Source: Eledone cirrhosa
Taxonomy: Eukaryota
NCBI GenBank assembly: GCA_964016885.1
Contig: OZ024741.1
Location: 400,706,001-400,770,000, forward strand
DNA length: 64,000 nucleotides
Reading direction: 5' to 3'
The position numbers were made by a program, and so were the translations under genes. Position 1 is the stretch's first letter; each line of letters opens with the position of its first letter. The notes beneath the pieces were generated by a model. The model saw only the letters and a list, made by a program, of their open reading frames with translations, did no database searches and had not been told where the DNA came from. This document shows positions 14,259-29,089 of the stretch, piece after piece.

Positions 14259-17200
14259 CTAGCTATTGAAGTTGACAGTTTTAGGGTGAAAAATATGACA
14301 AGCTGTTACAGTTGACAGTTTTAGGATGAAAGATATGACCAGCTATTGAAGTTGACAGTTTTAGGGTGCAAGATACGACCAGCTATTGAAGTTGACAGTA
14401 TTCGGGTGCAAAATATGACAAGCTATTGATGTTGACAGTTTTAGTGTGAAAAATATGACCAGCTATTGACGTTGACAGTTTTAGGGTGCAAGATATGACC
14501 AGCTATTGAAGTTGACAGTTTTAGTGTGAAAGATATGACCAGCTATTGAATTTTATAGTTTTAGGGTGCAAGATGTGACCAGCAATTGAAGTTGAAAATT
14601 TTACGGTGCAAGATATGACCAGCTATATAAGTTGACAGTTTTAGGGTGCAAGATATGACCAGCTATTGAAGTTGAAAGTTTTAGGGTGCAAGATATGACC
14701 AGCTATTGAAGTTGACCGTTTTAGGGTGCAAGATGTGACCAGCTATTGAAGTTGACAGTTTTAGGGTGAAAGATATGACCAGCTATTGAAGTTGACTATT
14801 TTAGTGTGAAAGATATGACCAGCTATTGAACTTGACAGTTTTAAGGTGCAAGATATGACCAGGTATTGAAGTTGACAGTTTTAGGGTGAAAGATATGACC
14901 AGCCATTGAAGTTGACTGTTTTAGTGTGAAAGATATGACAAGCTATTGAACTTCACAGTTTTAAGGTGCAAGCTATGAAAAGGTATTGAAGTTGACCGTT
15001 TTAGGGTGCAAGATGTGACCATCTATTGAAGTTGACAGTTTTAGGGTGCAAGATATGACCAGCTATTGAAGTTGACAGTTTTAGGGTGCAAGATATGACT
15101 AGCTATTGAAGTTGACACTTTTAGGGAGAAAGATATGACCAGCTATTACAGTTGACAGTTTTAGGGTGCAAGATATGACCAGCTATTGAAGTTGACAGTT
15201 TTAGGGTGCAAAATATGACAAGCTGTTACAGTTGACAGTTTTAGGGTGATAGATATGACCAGCTATTGAATTTGACAGTTTTAGGGTGCAAGATATGACC
15301 AGCTATTGAAGTTGACTGTTTTAGTGTGAAAGATATGACCAGCTATTGAACTTGACAGTTTTAGGGTGCAAAATATGACCAGCTATTGAAGTTGACCGTT
15401 TTAGGGTGCAAGATGTGACCAGCTATTGAAGTTGACAGTTTTAGGGTGAAAGATATGACCAGCTATTGAAGTTGACTATTTTAGTGTGAAAGATATGACC
15501 AGCTATTGAACTTGACAGTTTTAAGGTGCAAGATATGACCAGGTATTGAAGTTGACAGTTTTAGGGTGAAAGATATGACCAGCCATTGAAGTTGACTGTT
15601 TTAGTGTGAAAGATATGACAAGCTATTGAACTTCACAGTTTTAAGGTGCAAGCTATGAAAAGGTATTGAAGTTGACCGTTTTAGGGTGCAAGATGTGACC
15701 ATCTATTGAAGTTGACAGTTTTAGGGTGCAAGATATGACCAGCTATTGAAGTTGGCAGTTTTAGGGTGCAAGATATGACTAGCTATTGAAGTTGACACTT
15801 TTAGGGAGAAAGATATGACCAGCTATTACAGTTGACAGTTTTAGGGTGCAAGATATGACCAGCTATTGAAGTTGACAGTTTTAGGGTGCAAAATATGACA
15901 AGCTGTTACAGTTGACAGTTTTAGGGTGATAGATATGACCAGCTATTGAATTTGACAGTTTTAGGGTGCAAGATATGACCAGCTATTGAAGTTGACTGTT
16001 TTAGTGTGAAAGATATGACCAGCTATTGAGGTGGACAGTTTTAGGGTGCAAGATATGACGAGCTATTGAAGTTGACAGTTTGAGGGTGCAAGATATGACC
16101 AGCTATTGAAATTGACAGGTTTAGTGTAAAAGATATGACCAGCTATTGAAGGTGGCAGTTTTCGGGTGCAAGATATGACGAGCTATTGAAGTTGACTGTT
16201 TTAGGGTGCAAGATATGACCAGCTATAGAAGTGGACAGTTTTAGGATGCAAGATATGACGAGCTATTGAAGTTAACACTTTTAGGGTGAGAAATATGATC
16301 AGCTATTGAAGTTGACAGTTTTAGCGTGCGAGATATAACAGCTATTGAAGCTGACAATTTTAGTGTGAAAGATATGACCAGCTATTGAAGTTGACAGTTT
16401 TAGGGTGCAAGATATGACCAGCTATTGAAGTTGACAGTTTCAGGGTGAAAGATATGACCAGCTATTGAAGTTGACAGTTTTAGGGTGCAAGATATGACTA
16501 GCTATTGAAGTTGACAGATTTAGTGTGGAAGATATGACCAGCCATTGAATTTGACAGTTTTAGGGCGCAAGATATGACCAGCTATTGAAGTTGACAGTTT
16601 TAGGGTGCAACATATGAACTGCTATTGAAGTTGACAGTTTTAGGGTGCAAGATATGACCAGCTATTGACGTTGACAGTTTTAGTGTGAAAGATATGACAA
16701 GCTATTGAAGTTGACAGTTTTAGTGTGGAGGATATGATCAGCTATTGAAGTTGACAGTTTTAGGGTGCAAGATACGACACGCTATTGAAGTTGACAGTTT
16801 TAGTGTGAAAGATGTGACCAGCTATTGAAGTTGACAATTTTAGAGTAAAGGATATGACCAGCTATTGAAGTTGACAGTTTTAGGGTGCAAGATATGACTA
16901 GTTATTGAAGTTGATAGTTTTAGCGCTCAAGATATGACCATCTATTGACGTTGACAGTTTTAGGGTGCAATATATGACCAGCTATTGAAGTTGACAGTTT
17001 TAGTTTGCAATATATGACCAGCTATTGAAGTTGACATTTTTAAGGTAAATGATATGACCAGCTATTGAAGTTGACAATTTTAGGGTGCAAGATATAGCCA
17101 GCTATTGAAGTTGACAGTTTTAGTGTGAAAGATATGACCAGCTATTGAAATTGACAGTTTTAGGGTGCAAGATATGACCAGCTATTGAAGTTGACAGTTT

Positions 17201-20200
17201 TAGGGTGCAAGATATGACCAGCTATTGATGTTGACTGTTTTAGTGTGAAAGATATGACCAGCTACTGAACTTGACAGTTTTAAGGTGCAAGATATGACCA
17301 GGTATTGAAGTTGACCGTTTTAGAGTGCAAGATATGACCAGCTATTGAAGTTGACCGTTTTAGGGTGCAAGATGTGACTAGCTATTGAAGTTGACAGTTT
17401 TAGGGTGCAAAATATGACAAGCTGTTACAGTTGACAGTTTTAGGGTGCAAGATACGACTAGCTATTGAAGTTGACAGTTTTCGGGTGCAAAATATGACAA
17501 GCTATTGATGTTGACAGTTTTAGGGTGAAAGATATGACCAGCTATTGAATTTGACAGTTTTAGTGTGAAAAATATGACCAGCTATTGACGTTGACAGTTT
17601 TAGTGTGCAAGATATGACCAGCTATTGAAGTTGACAGTTTTAGTGTGAAAGATATGACCAGCTATTGAGTTTTATAGTTTTAGGGTGCAAGATATGACGA
17701 GCTATTGAAGTTGAAAATTTTACGGTGCAAGATATGACCAGCTATATAAGTTGACAGTTTTAGGGTGCAAGATATGACCAGCTATTGAAGTTGACAGTTT
17801 TAGGGTGCAAAATATGACCAGCTATTGAAGTTGACCGTTTTAGGGTGCAAGATGTGACCAGCTATTGAAGTTGACAGTTTTAGGGTGCAAGATATGACCA
17901 GCTATTGAAGTTGACTATTTTAGTGTGAAAGATATGACCAGCTATTGAACTTGACAGTTTTAAGGTGCAAGATATGACCAGGTATTGAAGTTGACAGTTT
18001 TAGGGTGAAAGATATGACCAGCCATTGAAGTTGACTGTTTTAGTGTAAAAGATATGACAAGCTATTGAACTTGACAGTTTTAAGGTGCAAGCTATGAAAA
18101 GGTATTGAAGTTGACCGTTTTAGGGTGCAAGATGTTTACCATCTATTTAAGTTGACAGTTTTAGGGTGCAAGATATGACCAGCTATTGAAGTTGACAGTT
18201 TTAGGGTGCAAGATATGACTAGCTATTGAAGTTGACACTTTTAGGGAGAAAGATATGATCAGCTATTACAGTTGACAGTTTTAGGGTGCAAGATATGACC
18301 AGCTATTGAAGTTGACAGTTTTAGGGTGCAAAATATGACAAGCTGTTACAGTTGACAGTTTTAGGGTGAAAGATATGACCAGCTATTGAAGTTGACAGTT
18401 TTAGGGTGCAAGATATGACCAGCTATTGAAGTTGACTGTTTTAGTGTGAAAGATATGACCAGCTATTGAACTTGACAGTTTTAAGGTGCAAGTTATGACC
18501 AGGTATTGAAGTTGACCGTTTTAGAGTGCAAGATATGACAACTAATTGAAGTTGACGGTTTTAGGGTGCAAGATGTGACCAGCTATTGAAATTGACAGTT
18601 TTAGGCTGCAAGATATGACTAGCTATTGAAGTTGACACTTTTAGGGTGAGAGATATGACCAGCTATTACAGTTGACAGTTTTAGGATGAAAGATATGACC
18701 AGCTATTGAAGTTGACAGTTTTAGTGTGAAAGAGATGACCAGCTATTGAATTTGATAGTTTTAGGGTGCAAGATATGACCAGCTATTGAAGTTGAAAGTT
18801 TTAGGGTGCAAGAAATGACCAGCTATATAAGTTGACAGTTTTAGGGTGCAAGATATAACCAGCTATTGACGTTGACACTTTTAGGGTGCAAAATATGACC
18901 AGCTATTGAAGTTGACCGTTTTAGGGTGCAAGATATGACCAGCTATTGAAGTTGACTATTTTAGTGTGAAAGATATGACCAACTATTGAACTTGACAGTT
19001 TTAAGGTGCAAGCTATGACCAGGTATTGAAGTTGACCGTTTTAGGGTGCAAGATGTGACCAGCTATTTAAGTTGACAGTTTTAGGGTGCAAGATATGACC
19101 AGCTATTGAAGTTGACAGTTTTAGGGTGCAAGATATGACTAGCTATTGAAGTTGACACTTTTAGGGAGAAAGATATGACCAGCTATTGAGGTTGACAGTT
19201 TTAGGGTGCAAGATATGACCAGCTATTGAAGTTGACAGTTTTAGAGTGAAAAATATGACAAGCTGTTACAGTTGACAGTTTTAGGGTGAAAGATATGACC
19301 AGCTATTGAACTTGACAGTTTTAAGGTGCAAGATATGACCAGGTATGGAAGTTGACCGTTTTAGAGTATAAGATATGACCAGCTATTGAAGTTGTCCGTT
19401 TTAGGGTGCAAGATGTGACCAGCTATTGAAGTTGACAGTTTTAGGGTGAAAGATATGACTAGCTATTGAAGTTCAGACTTTTAGGGTGAAAGATATGACC
19501 AGCTATTACAGTTGACAGTTTTAGGGTGAAAGATATGACCAGCTATTGAAGTTGACAGTTTTAGGGTGCAAGATATGACCAGCTATTGAAGTTGACAGTT
19601 TTAGGGGGCAAAATATGACAATCTGTTACAGTTGACAGTTTTAGGGTGAAGGATATGACCAGCTATTGAAGTTGACAGTTTTAGTGTGAAAGATATGACC
19701 AGCTATTGAAGTTGACCGTTTAGGGTGCAAGATGTGACCAGCTATTGAAGTTGACAGTTTTAGGGTGCAAGATATGACCAGCTATTGAAGTTGACTATTT
19801 TAGTGTGAAAGATATCACCAGCTATTGAAGTTGACTATTTTAGTGTGAAAGATATCACCAGCTATTGAAAGTGACAGTTTTAAGGTGCAAGATATGACCA
19901 GGTATTGAAGTTGACAGTTTTAGGGTGAAAGATATGACCAGCCATTGAAGTTGACTGTTTTAGTGTGAAAGATATGACAAGCTATTAAACTTGACAGTTT
20001 TAAGGTGCAAGCTATGACAAGGTATTGAAGTTGACCGTTTTAGGGTGCAAGATGTGACCATCTATTTAAGTTGACAGTTTTAGGGTGCAAGATATGACCA
20101 GCTATTGAAGGTGACAGTTTTAGGGTGCAAGATATGACTAGCTATTGAAGTTGACACTTTCAGGGAGAAACATATGACCAGCTATTACAGTTGACAGTTT

Positions 20201-20716
20201 TAGGGTGCAAGATATGACCAGATATTGAAGTTGACAGTTTTAGGGTGCAAAATATGACAAGCTGTTACAGTTGACAGTTTTAGGGTGAAAGATATGACCA
20301 GCTATTGAAGTTGACAGTTTTAGGGTGCAAGATATGACCAGCTATTGAAGTTGACAGTTTTAGTGTGAAAGATATGACCAGCTATTGAAGTTGACCGTTT
20401 AGGGTGCAAGATGTGACCAGCTATTGAATTTGATAGTTTTACGGTGCAAGATATGACGAGCTATTGAAGTTGAAAGTTTTAGGGTGCAAGATATGACCAG
20501 CTATATAAGTTGACAATTTTAGGGTGCAAGATATGACCAGCTATTGAAGTTGAACGTTTTAGGGTGCAAGATATGACCAGCTATATAAGTTGACAGTTTT
20601 AGGGTGCAAGATATGACCAGCTATTGAAGTTGACAGTTTTAGGGTGCAAAATATGACCAGCTATTGAAGTTGACCGTTTAGGGTGCAAGATGTGACCAGC
20701 TATTGAAGTTGACAGT
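14221..20716 (+). repeat. ~6.5-kb segmental duplication within the satellite, copy 2
   Basis: Same order of rare variants as 5905-12360. It carries one extra monomer (~17501-17540, GCTATTGATG...) and a G>A change at 19245 relative to 10889. Confidence 0.9.
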
Positions 20717-23700
20717 TTTAGGGTGCAAGATATGACCAGCTATTGAAGTTGACTATTTTAGTGTGAAAGATATCACCAGCTATTGAAAGTGACAGTTTTA
20801 AGGTGCAAGATATGACCAGGTATTGAAGTTGACAGTTTTAGGGTGAAAGATATGACCAGCCATTGAAGTTGACTGTTTTAGTGTGAAAGATATGACAAGC
20901 TATTAAACTTGACAGTTTTAAGGTGCAAGCTATGACAAGGTATTGAAGTTGACCGTTTTAGGGTGCAAGATGTGACCATCTATTTAAGTTGACAGTTTTA
21001 GGGTGCAAGATATGACCAGCTATTGAAGGTGACAGTTTTAGGGTGCAAGATATGACTAGCTATTGAAGTTGACACTTTCAGGGAGAAACATATGACCAGC
21101 TATTACAGTTGACAGTTTTAGGGTGCAAGATATGACCAGATATTGAAGTTGACAGTTTTAGGGTGCAAAATATGACAAGCTGTTACAGTTGACAGTTTTA
21201 GGGTGAAAGATATGACCAGCTATTGAAGTTGACAGTTTTAGGGTGCAAGATATGACCAGCTATTGAAGTTGACTGTTTTAGTGTGAAAGATATGACCAGC
21301 TATTGAACTTGACAGTTTTAAGGTGCAAGTTATGACCAGGTATTGAAGTTGACCGTTTTAGAGTGCAAGATATGACCAGCTATTGAAGTTGACCGTTTTA
21401 GGGTGCAAGATGTGACCAGCTATTGAAGTTGACAGTTTTAGGCTGCAAGATATGACTAGCTATTGAAGTTGACACTTTTAGGGTGAAAGATATGACCAGC
21501 TATTACAGTTGACAGTTTTAGGATGAAAGATATGACCAGCTATTGAAGTTGACAGTTTTAGTGTGAAAGATATGACCAGCTATTGAATTTGATAGTTTTA
21601 GGGTGCAAGATATGACCAGCTATATAAGTTGACAATTTTAGGGTGCAAGATATGACCAGCTATTGAATTTGACACTTTTAGGGTGCAAAATATGACCAGC
21701 TATTGAAGTTGACCGTTTTAGGGTGCAAGATGTGACCAGCTATTGAAGTTGTCAGTTTTAGGGTGCAAGATATGACCAGCTATTGAAGTTGACAGTTTTA
21801 GGGTGCAAGATATGACTAGCTATTGAAGTTGACACTTTTAGGGAGAAAGATATGATCAGCTATTACAGTTGACAGTTTTAGGGTGCAAGATATGACCAGC
21901 TATTGAAGTTGACAGTTTTAGGGTGCAAAATATGACAAGCTGTTACAGTTGACAGTTTTAGGGTGAAAGATATGACCAGCTATTGAAGTTGACAGTTTTA
22001 GGGTGCAAGATATGACCAGCTATTGAAGTTGACAGTTTTAGGCTGCAAGATATGACTAGCTATTGAAGTTGACACTTTTAGGGTGAGAGATATGACCAGC
22101 TATTACAGTTGACAGTTTTAGGATGAAAGATATGACCAGCTATTGAAGTTGACAGTTTTAGTGTGAAGGAGATGACCAGCTATTGAATTTGATAGTTTTA
22201 GGGTGCAAGATATGACCAGCTATTGAAGTTGAAAGTTTTAGGGTGCAAGAAATGACCAGCTATATAAGTTGACAGTTTTAGGGTGCAGATATAACCAGCT
22301 ATTGAAGTTGACACTTTTAGGGTGCAAAATATGACCAGCTATTGAAGTTGACCGTTTTAAGTTGCAAGATGTGACCAGCTATTGAAGTTGACAGTTTTAG
22401 GGTGCAAGATATGACCAGCTATTGAAGTTGACTATTTTAGTGTGAAAGATATGACCAACTATTGAACTTGACAGTTTTAAGGTGCAAGCTATGAAAAGGT
22501 ATTGAAGTTGACCGTTTTAGGGTGCAAGATGTGACCAGCTATTTAAGTTGACAGTTTTAGGGTGCAAGATATGACCAGCTATTGAAGTTGACAGTTTTAG
22601 GGTGCAAGATATGACTAGCTATTGAAGTTGACACTTTTAGGGAGAAAGATATGACCAGCTATTGAGGTTGACAGTTTTAGGGTGCAAGATGTGACCAGCT
22701 ATTGAAGTTGACAGTTTTAGGCTGCAAGATATGACTAGCTATTGAAGTTGACACTTTTAGGGTGAAAGATATGACCAGCTATTACAGTTGACAGTTTTAG
22801 GATGAAAGATATGACCAGCTATTGAAGTTGACAGTTTTAGTGTGAAAGATATGACCAGCTATTGAATTTGATAGTTTTAGGGTGCAAGATATGACCAGCT
22901 ATATAAGTTGACAGTTTTAGGGTGCAAGATATGACCAGCTATTGAAGTTGACACTTTTAGGGTGCAAAATATGACCAGCTATTGAAGTTGACCGTTTTAA
23001 GTTGCAAGATGTGACCAGCTATTGAAGTTGACAGTTTTAGGGTGCAAGATATGACCAGCTATTGAAGTTGACTATTTTAGTGTGAAAGATATGACCAACT
23101 ATTGAACTTGACAGTTTTAAGGTGCAAGCTATGACCAGGTATTGAAGTTGACCGTTTTAGGGTGCAAGATGTGACCAGCTATTTAAGTTGTCAGTTTTAG
23201 GGTGCAAGATATGACCAGCTATTGAAGTTGACAGTTTTAGGGTGCAAGATATGACTAGCTATTGAATTTGACACTTTTAGGGAGAAAGATATGATCAGCT
23301 ATTACAGTTGACAGTTTTAGGGTGCAAGATATGACCAGCTATTGAAGTTGACAGTTTTAGGGTACAAAATATGACAAGCTGTTACAGTTGACAGTTTTAG
23401 GGTGAAAGATATGACCAGCTATTGAAGTTGACAGTTTTAGGGTGCAAGATATGACCAGCTATTGAAGTTGACTGTTTTAGTGTGAAAGATATGACCAGCT
23501 ATTGAACTTGACAGTTTTAAGGTGCAAGTTATGACCAGGTATTGAAGTTGACCGTTTTAGAGTGCAAGATATGACAACTAATTGAAGTTGACCGTTTTAG
23601 GGTGCAAGATGTGACCAGCTATTGAAATTGACAGTTTTAGGCTGCAAGATATGACTAGCTATTGAAGTTGACACTTTTAGGGTGAGAGATATGACCAGCT

Positions 23701-26700
23701 ATTACAGTTGACAGTTTTAGGATGAAAGATATGACCAGCTATTGAAGTTGACAGTTTTAGTGTGAAAGAGATGACCAGCTATTGAATTTGATAGTTTTAG
23801 GGTGCAAGATATGACCAGCTATTGAAGTTGAAAGTTTTAGGGTGCAAGTAATGACCAGCTATATAAGTTGACAGTTTTAGGGTGCAAGATATAACCAGCT
23901 ATTGAAGTTGACACTTTTAGGGTGCAAAATATGACCAGCTATTGAAGTTGACCGTTTTAAGTTGCAAGATATGACCAGCTATTGAAGTTGACTATTTTAG
24001 TGTGAAAGATATGACCAACTATTGAACTTGACAGTTTTAAGGTGCAAGATATGACCAGGTATTGAAGTTGACCGTTTTAGGGTGCAAGATATGACCAGCT
24101 ATTGAAGTTGACCGTTTTAGGGTGCAAGATGTGACCAGCTATTGAAGTTGACAGTTTTAGGGTGAAAGATATGACCAGCTATTGAACTTGACAGTTTTAA
24201 GGTGCAAGATATGACCAGGTATGGAAGTTGACCGTTTTAGAGTGCAAGATATGACCAGCTATTGAAGTTGACCGTTTTAGGGTGCAAGATGTGACCAGCT
24301 ATTGAAGTTGACAGTTTTAGGGTGAAAGATATGACTAGCTATTGAAGTTCACACTTTTAGGGTGAAAGATATGACCAGCTATTACAGTTGACAGTTTTAG
24401 GGTGAAAGATATGACCAGCTATTGAAGTTGACAGTTTTAGTGTGAAAGATATGACCAGCTATTGAATTTGATAATTTTACGGTGCAAGATATGACGAGCT
24501 ATTGAAGTTGAACGTTTTAGGGTGCAAGATATGACCAGCTATATAAGTTGACAGTTTTAGGGTGCCAGATATGACCAGCTATTGAAGTTGACAGTTTTAG
24601 GGTGCAAAATATGACCAGCTATTGAAGTTGACCGTTTAGGGTGCAAGATGTGACCAGCTATTGAAGTTGACAGTTTTAGGGTGCAAGATATGACCAGCTA
24701 TTGAAGTTGACTATTTTAGTGTGAAAGATATCACGAGCTATTGAAATTGACAGTTTTAAGGTGCAAGATATGACCAGGTATTGAAGTTGACAGTTTTAGG
24801 GTGAAAGATATGACCAGCCATTGAAGTTGACTGTTTTAGTGTGAAAGATATGACAAGCTATTAAACTTGACAGTTTTAAGGTGCAAGCTATGACAAGGTA
24901 TTGAAGTTGACCGTTTTAGGGTGCAAGATGTGACCATCTATTTAAGTTGACAGTTTTAGGGTGCAAGATATGACCAGCTATTGAAGGTGACAGTTTTAGG
25001 GTGCAAGATATGACTAGCTATTGAAGTTGACACTTTCAGGGAGAAACATATGACCAGCTATTACAGTTGACAGTTTTAGGGTGCAAGATATGACCAGCTA
25101 TTGAAGTTGACAGTTTTAGGGTGCAAAATATGACAAGCTGTTACAGTTGACAGTTTTAGGGTGAAAGATATGACCAGCTATTGAAGTTGACAGTTTTAGG
25201 GTGCAAGATATGACCAGCTATTGAAGTTTACTATTTTAGTGTGAAAGATATGACCAGCTATTGAACTTGACAGTTTTAAGGTGCAAGTTATGACCAGGAA
25301 TTGAAGTTGACCGTTTTAGAGTGCAAGATATGACCAGCTATTGAAGTTGACCGTTTTAGGGTGCAAGATGTGACCAGCTATTGAAGTTGACAGTTTTAGG
25401 CTGCAAGATATGACTAGCTATTGAAGTTGACACTTTTAGGGTGAAAGATATGACCAGCTATTACAGTTGACAGTTTTAGGATGAAAGATATGACCAGCTA
25501 TTGAAGTTGACAGTTTTAGTGTGAAAGATATGGCCAGCTATTGAATTTGATAGTTTTACGGTGCAAGATATGACGAGCTATTGAAGTTGAAAGTTTTAGG
25601 GTGCAAGATATGACCAGCTATATAAGTTGACAATTTTAGGGTGCAAGATATGACCAGCTATTGAAGTTGACAGTTTTAGGGTGCAAAATATGACCAGCTA
25701 TTGAAGTTGACCGTTTAGGGTGCAAGATGTGACCAGCTATTGAAGTTGACAGTTTTAGGGTGCAAGATATGACCAGCTATTGAAGTTGACAGTTTTAGTG
25801 TGAAAGATATGGCCAGCTATTGAATTTTATAGTTTTACGGTGCAAGATATGACGAGCTATTGAAGTTGAACGTTTTAGGGTGCAAGATATGACCAGCTAT
25901 ATAAGTTGACAGTTTTAGGGTGCAAGATATGACCAGCTATTGAAGTTGACAGTTTTAGGGTGCAAAATATGACCAGCTATTGAAGTTGACCGTTTAGGGT
26001 GCAAGATGTGACCAGCTATTGAAGTTGACAGTTTTAGGGTGCAAGATATGACCAGCTATTGAAATTGACAGTTTTAAGGTGCAAGATATGACCAGGTATT
26101 GAAGTTGACAGTTTTAGGGTGAAAGATATGACCAGCCATTGAAGTTGACTGTTTTAGTGTGAAAGATATGACAAGCTATTAAACTTGACAGTTTTAAGGT
26201 GCAAGCTATGACAAGGTATTGAAGTTGACCGTTTTAGGGTGCAAGATGTGACCATCTATTTAAGTTGACAGTTTTAGGGTGCAAGATATGACCAGCTATT
26301 GAAGGTGACAGTTTTAGGGTGCAAGATATGACTAGCTATTGAAGTTGACACTTTCAGGGAGAAACATATGACCAGCTATTACAGTTGACAGTTTTAGGGT
26401 GCAAGATATGACCAGGTATTGAAGTTGACAGTTTTAGGGTGCAAAATATGACAAGCTGTTACAGTTGACAGTTTTAGGGTGAAAGATATGACCAGCTATT
26501 GAAGTTGACAGTTTTAGGGTGCAAGATATGACCAGCTATTGAAGTTGACTGTTTTAGTGTGAAAGATATGACCAGCTATTGAACTTGACAGATTTAAGGT
26601 GCAAGTTATGACCAGGTATTGAAGTTGACCGTTTTAGAGTGCAAGATATGACCAGCTATTGAAGTTGACCGTTTTAGGGTGCAAGATGTGACCAGCTATT

Positions 26701-29089
26701 GAAGTTGACAGTTTTAGGCTGCAAGATATGACTAGCTATTGAAGTTGACACTTTTAGGGTGAAAGATATGACCAGCTATTGAATTTGATAGTTTTAGGGT
26801 GCAAGATATGACCAGCTATATAAGTTGACAGTTTTAGGGTGCAAGATATGACCAGCTATTGAAGTTGACACTTTTAGGCTGCAAAATATGACCAGCTATT
26901 GAAGTTGACCGTTTTAGGGTGCAAGATGTGACCAGCTATTGAAGTTGTCAGTTTTAGGGTGCAAGATATGACCAGCTATTGAAGATGTCTGTTTTAGTGT
27001 GAAAGATATGACCATCTATTGAACTTGACAGTTTTAAGGTGCAAGATATGACCACGTATGGAAGTTGACCGTTTTAGAGTGCAAGATATGACCAGCTATT
27101 GAAGTTGACCGTTTTAGGGTGCAAGATGTGACCAGCTATTGAAGTTGACAGTTTTAGGGTGAAAGATATGACCAGCTATTACAGTTGACAGTTTTAGGGT
27201 GAAAGATATGACTAGCTATTGAAGTTGACACTTTTATGGTGAAAGATATGACCAGCTATTACAGTTGACAGTTTTAGGGTGAAAGATATGACTAGCTATT
27301 GAAGTTGACAGTTTTAGGGTGCAAGATATGACCAGCTATTGAAGTTGACAGTTTTAGGGTGCAAAATATGACAAGCTATTGATGTTGACAGTTTAAGGGT
27401 GAAAGATATGACCAGCTATATCAGTTGACAGTTTTAGGATAAAAGATATGACCAGCTATTGAAGTTGAAAGTTTTAGGGTGTAAGACATGACCAGCTATT
27501 ACAGTTGACAGTTTTAGGGTGTAAGATATGACCAGCTATTGAAGTTGAAAGTTTTAGGGTGCAAAATATGAGAAGCTATTGCAGTTTACAGTTTTAGGGT
27601 GAAAGATATGACCAGCTATTACAGTTGACAGTTTTAGGATGAAAGATATGACCAGCTATTGAAGTTGACAGTTTTAGTGTGAAAGATATGACCAGCTATT
27701 GAATTTGATAGTTTTAGGGTGCAAGATATGACGAGCTATTGAAGTTGAAAGTTTTAGGGTGCAAGATATGACCAGCTATATAAGTTGCCACTTTTAGGGT
27801 GCAAAATATGACCAGCTATTGAAGGAGACCGTTTAGGGTGCAAGATGTGACCAGCTATTGAATTTGACAGTTTTAGGGTGCAAGATATGACCAGCTATTG
27901 AAGTTGACAGTTTTAGGGTGCAAAATATGACAAGCTGTTACAGTTGACAGTTTTAGGGTGAAAGATATGACCAGCTATTGAAGTTGACAGTTTTAGGGTG
28001 CAAGATATGACCAGCTATTGAAGACGACTGTTTTAGTGTGAAAGATATGACCAGCTATTGAACTTGACAGTTTTAAGGTGCAAGTTATGACCAGGTATTG
28101 AAGTTGACCGTTTTAGGGTGCAAGATGTGACCAGCTATTTAAGTTGACAGTTTTAGGGTGCAAGATATGACCAGCTATTGAAGTTGACAGTTTTAGTGTG
28201 CAAGATATGACAAGCTCTTGAAGTTGACACTTTTAGTGAGAAAGATATGACCAGCTATTACAGTCGACAGTTTTAGGGTGAAAGATATGACCAACTATTG
28301 AAGTTGACAGTTTTAGGGTGCAAGATATGACCAGCTATTGAAGTTGACAGTTTTAGGGTGCAAAATATGACAAGCTGTTACAGTTGACAGTTTTAGGGTG
28401 AAAGATATGACCAGCTATTGAACTTGACAGTTTTAAGGTGCAAGATATGACCAGGTATTGAAGTTGACAGTTTTAGGGTGCAAGATATGACCAGCCATTG
28501 AAGTTGACTATTTTAGTGTGAAAGATATGACCAGCTATTGAACTTGACAGTTTTAAGGTGCAAGATATGACCAGGTATTGAAGTTGACAGTTTTAGGGTG
28601 CAAGATATGACCAGCCATTGAAGTTGACTGTTTTAGTGTGAAAGATATGACAAGCTATTGAACTTGACAGTTTTAAGGTGCAAGCTATGACCAGATATTG
28701 AAGTTGATCGTTTTAGGGTGCAAGATGTGACCAGCTATTTAAGTTGACAGTTTTAGGGTGCAAGATATGACCAGCTATTGAAGTTGACAGTTTTAGGGTG
28801 CAAGATATGACTAGCTATTGAAGTTGACACTTTTAGGGAGAAAGATATGACCAGCTATTACAGTCGACAGTTTTAGGGTGAAAGATATGACCAACTATTG
28901 AAGTTGACAGTTTAAGGGTGCAAGATATGACCAGCTCTTGAAGTTGACAGTTTTAGGGTGCAAAATATGACAAGCTGTTACAGTTGACAGTTTTAGGGTG
29001 AAAGATATGACCAGCTATTGAAGTTGACAGTTTTAGGGTGCAAGATATGACCAGCAATTGAAGTTGATTGTTTTAGTGTGAAAGATATG

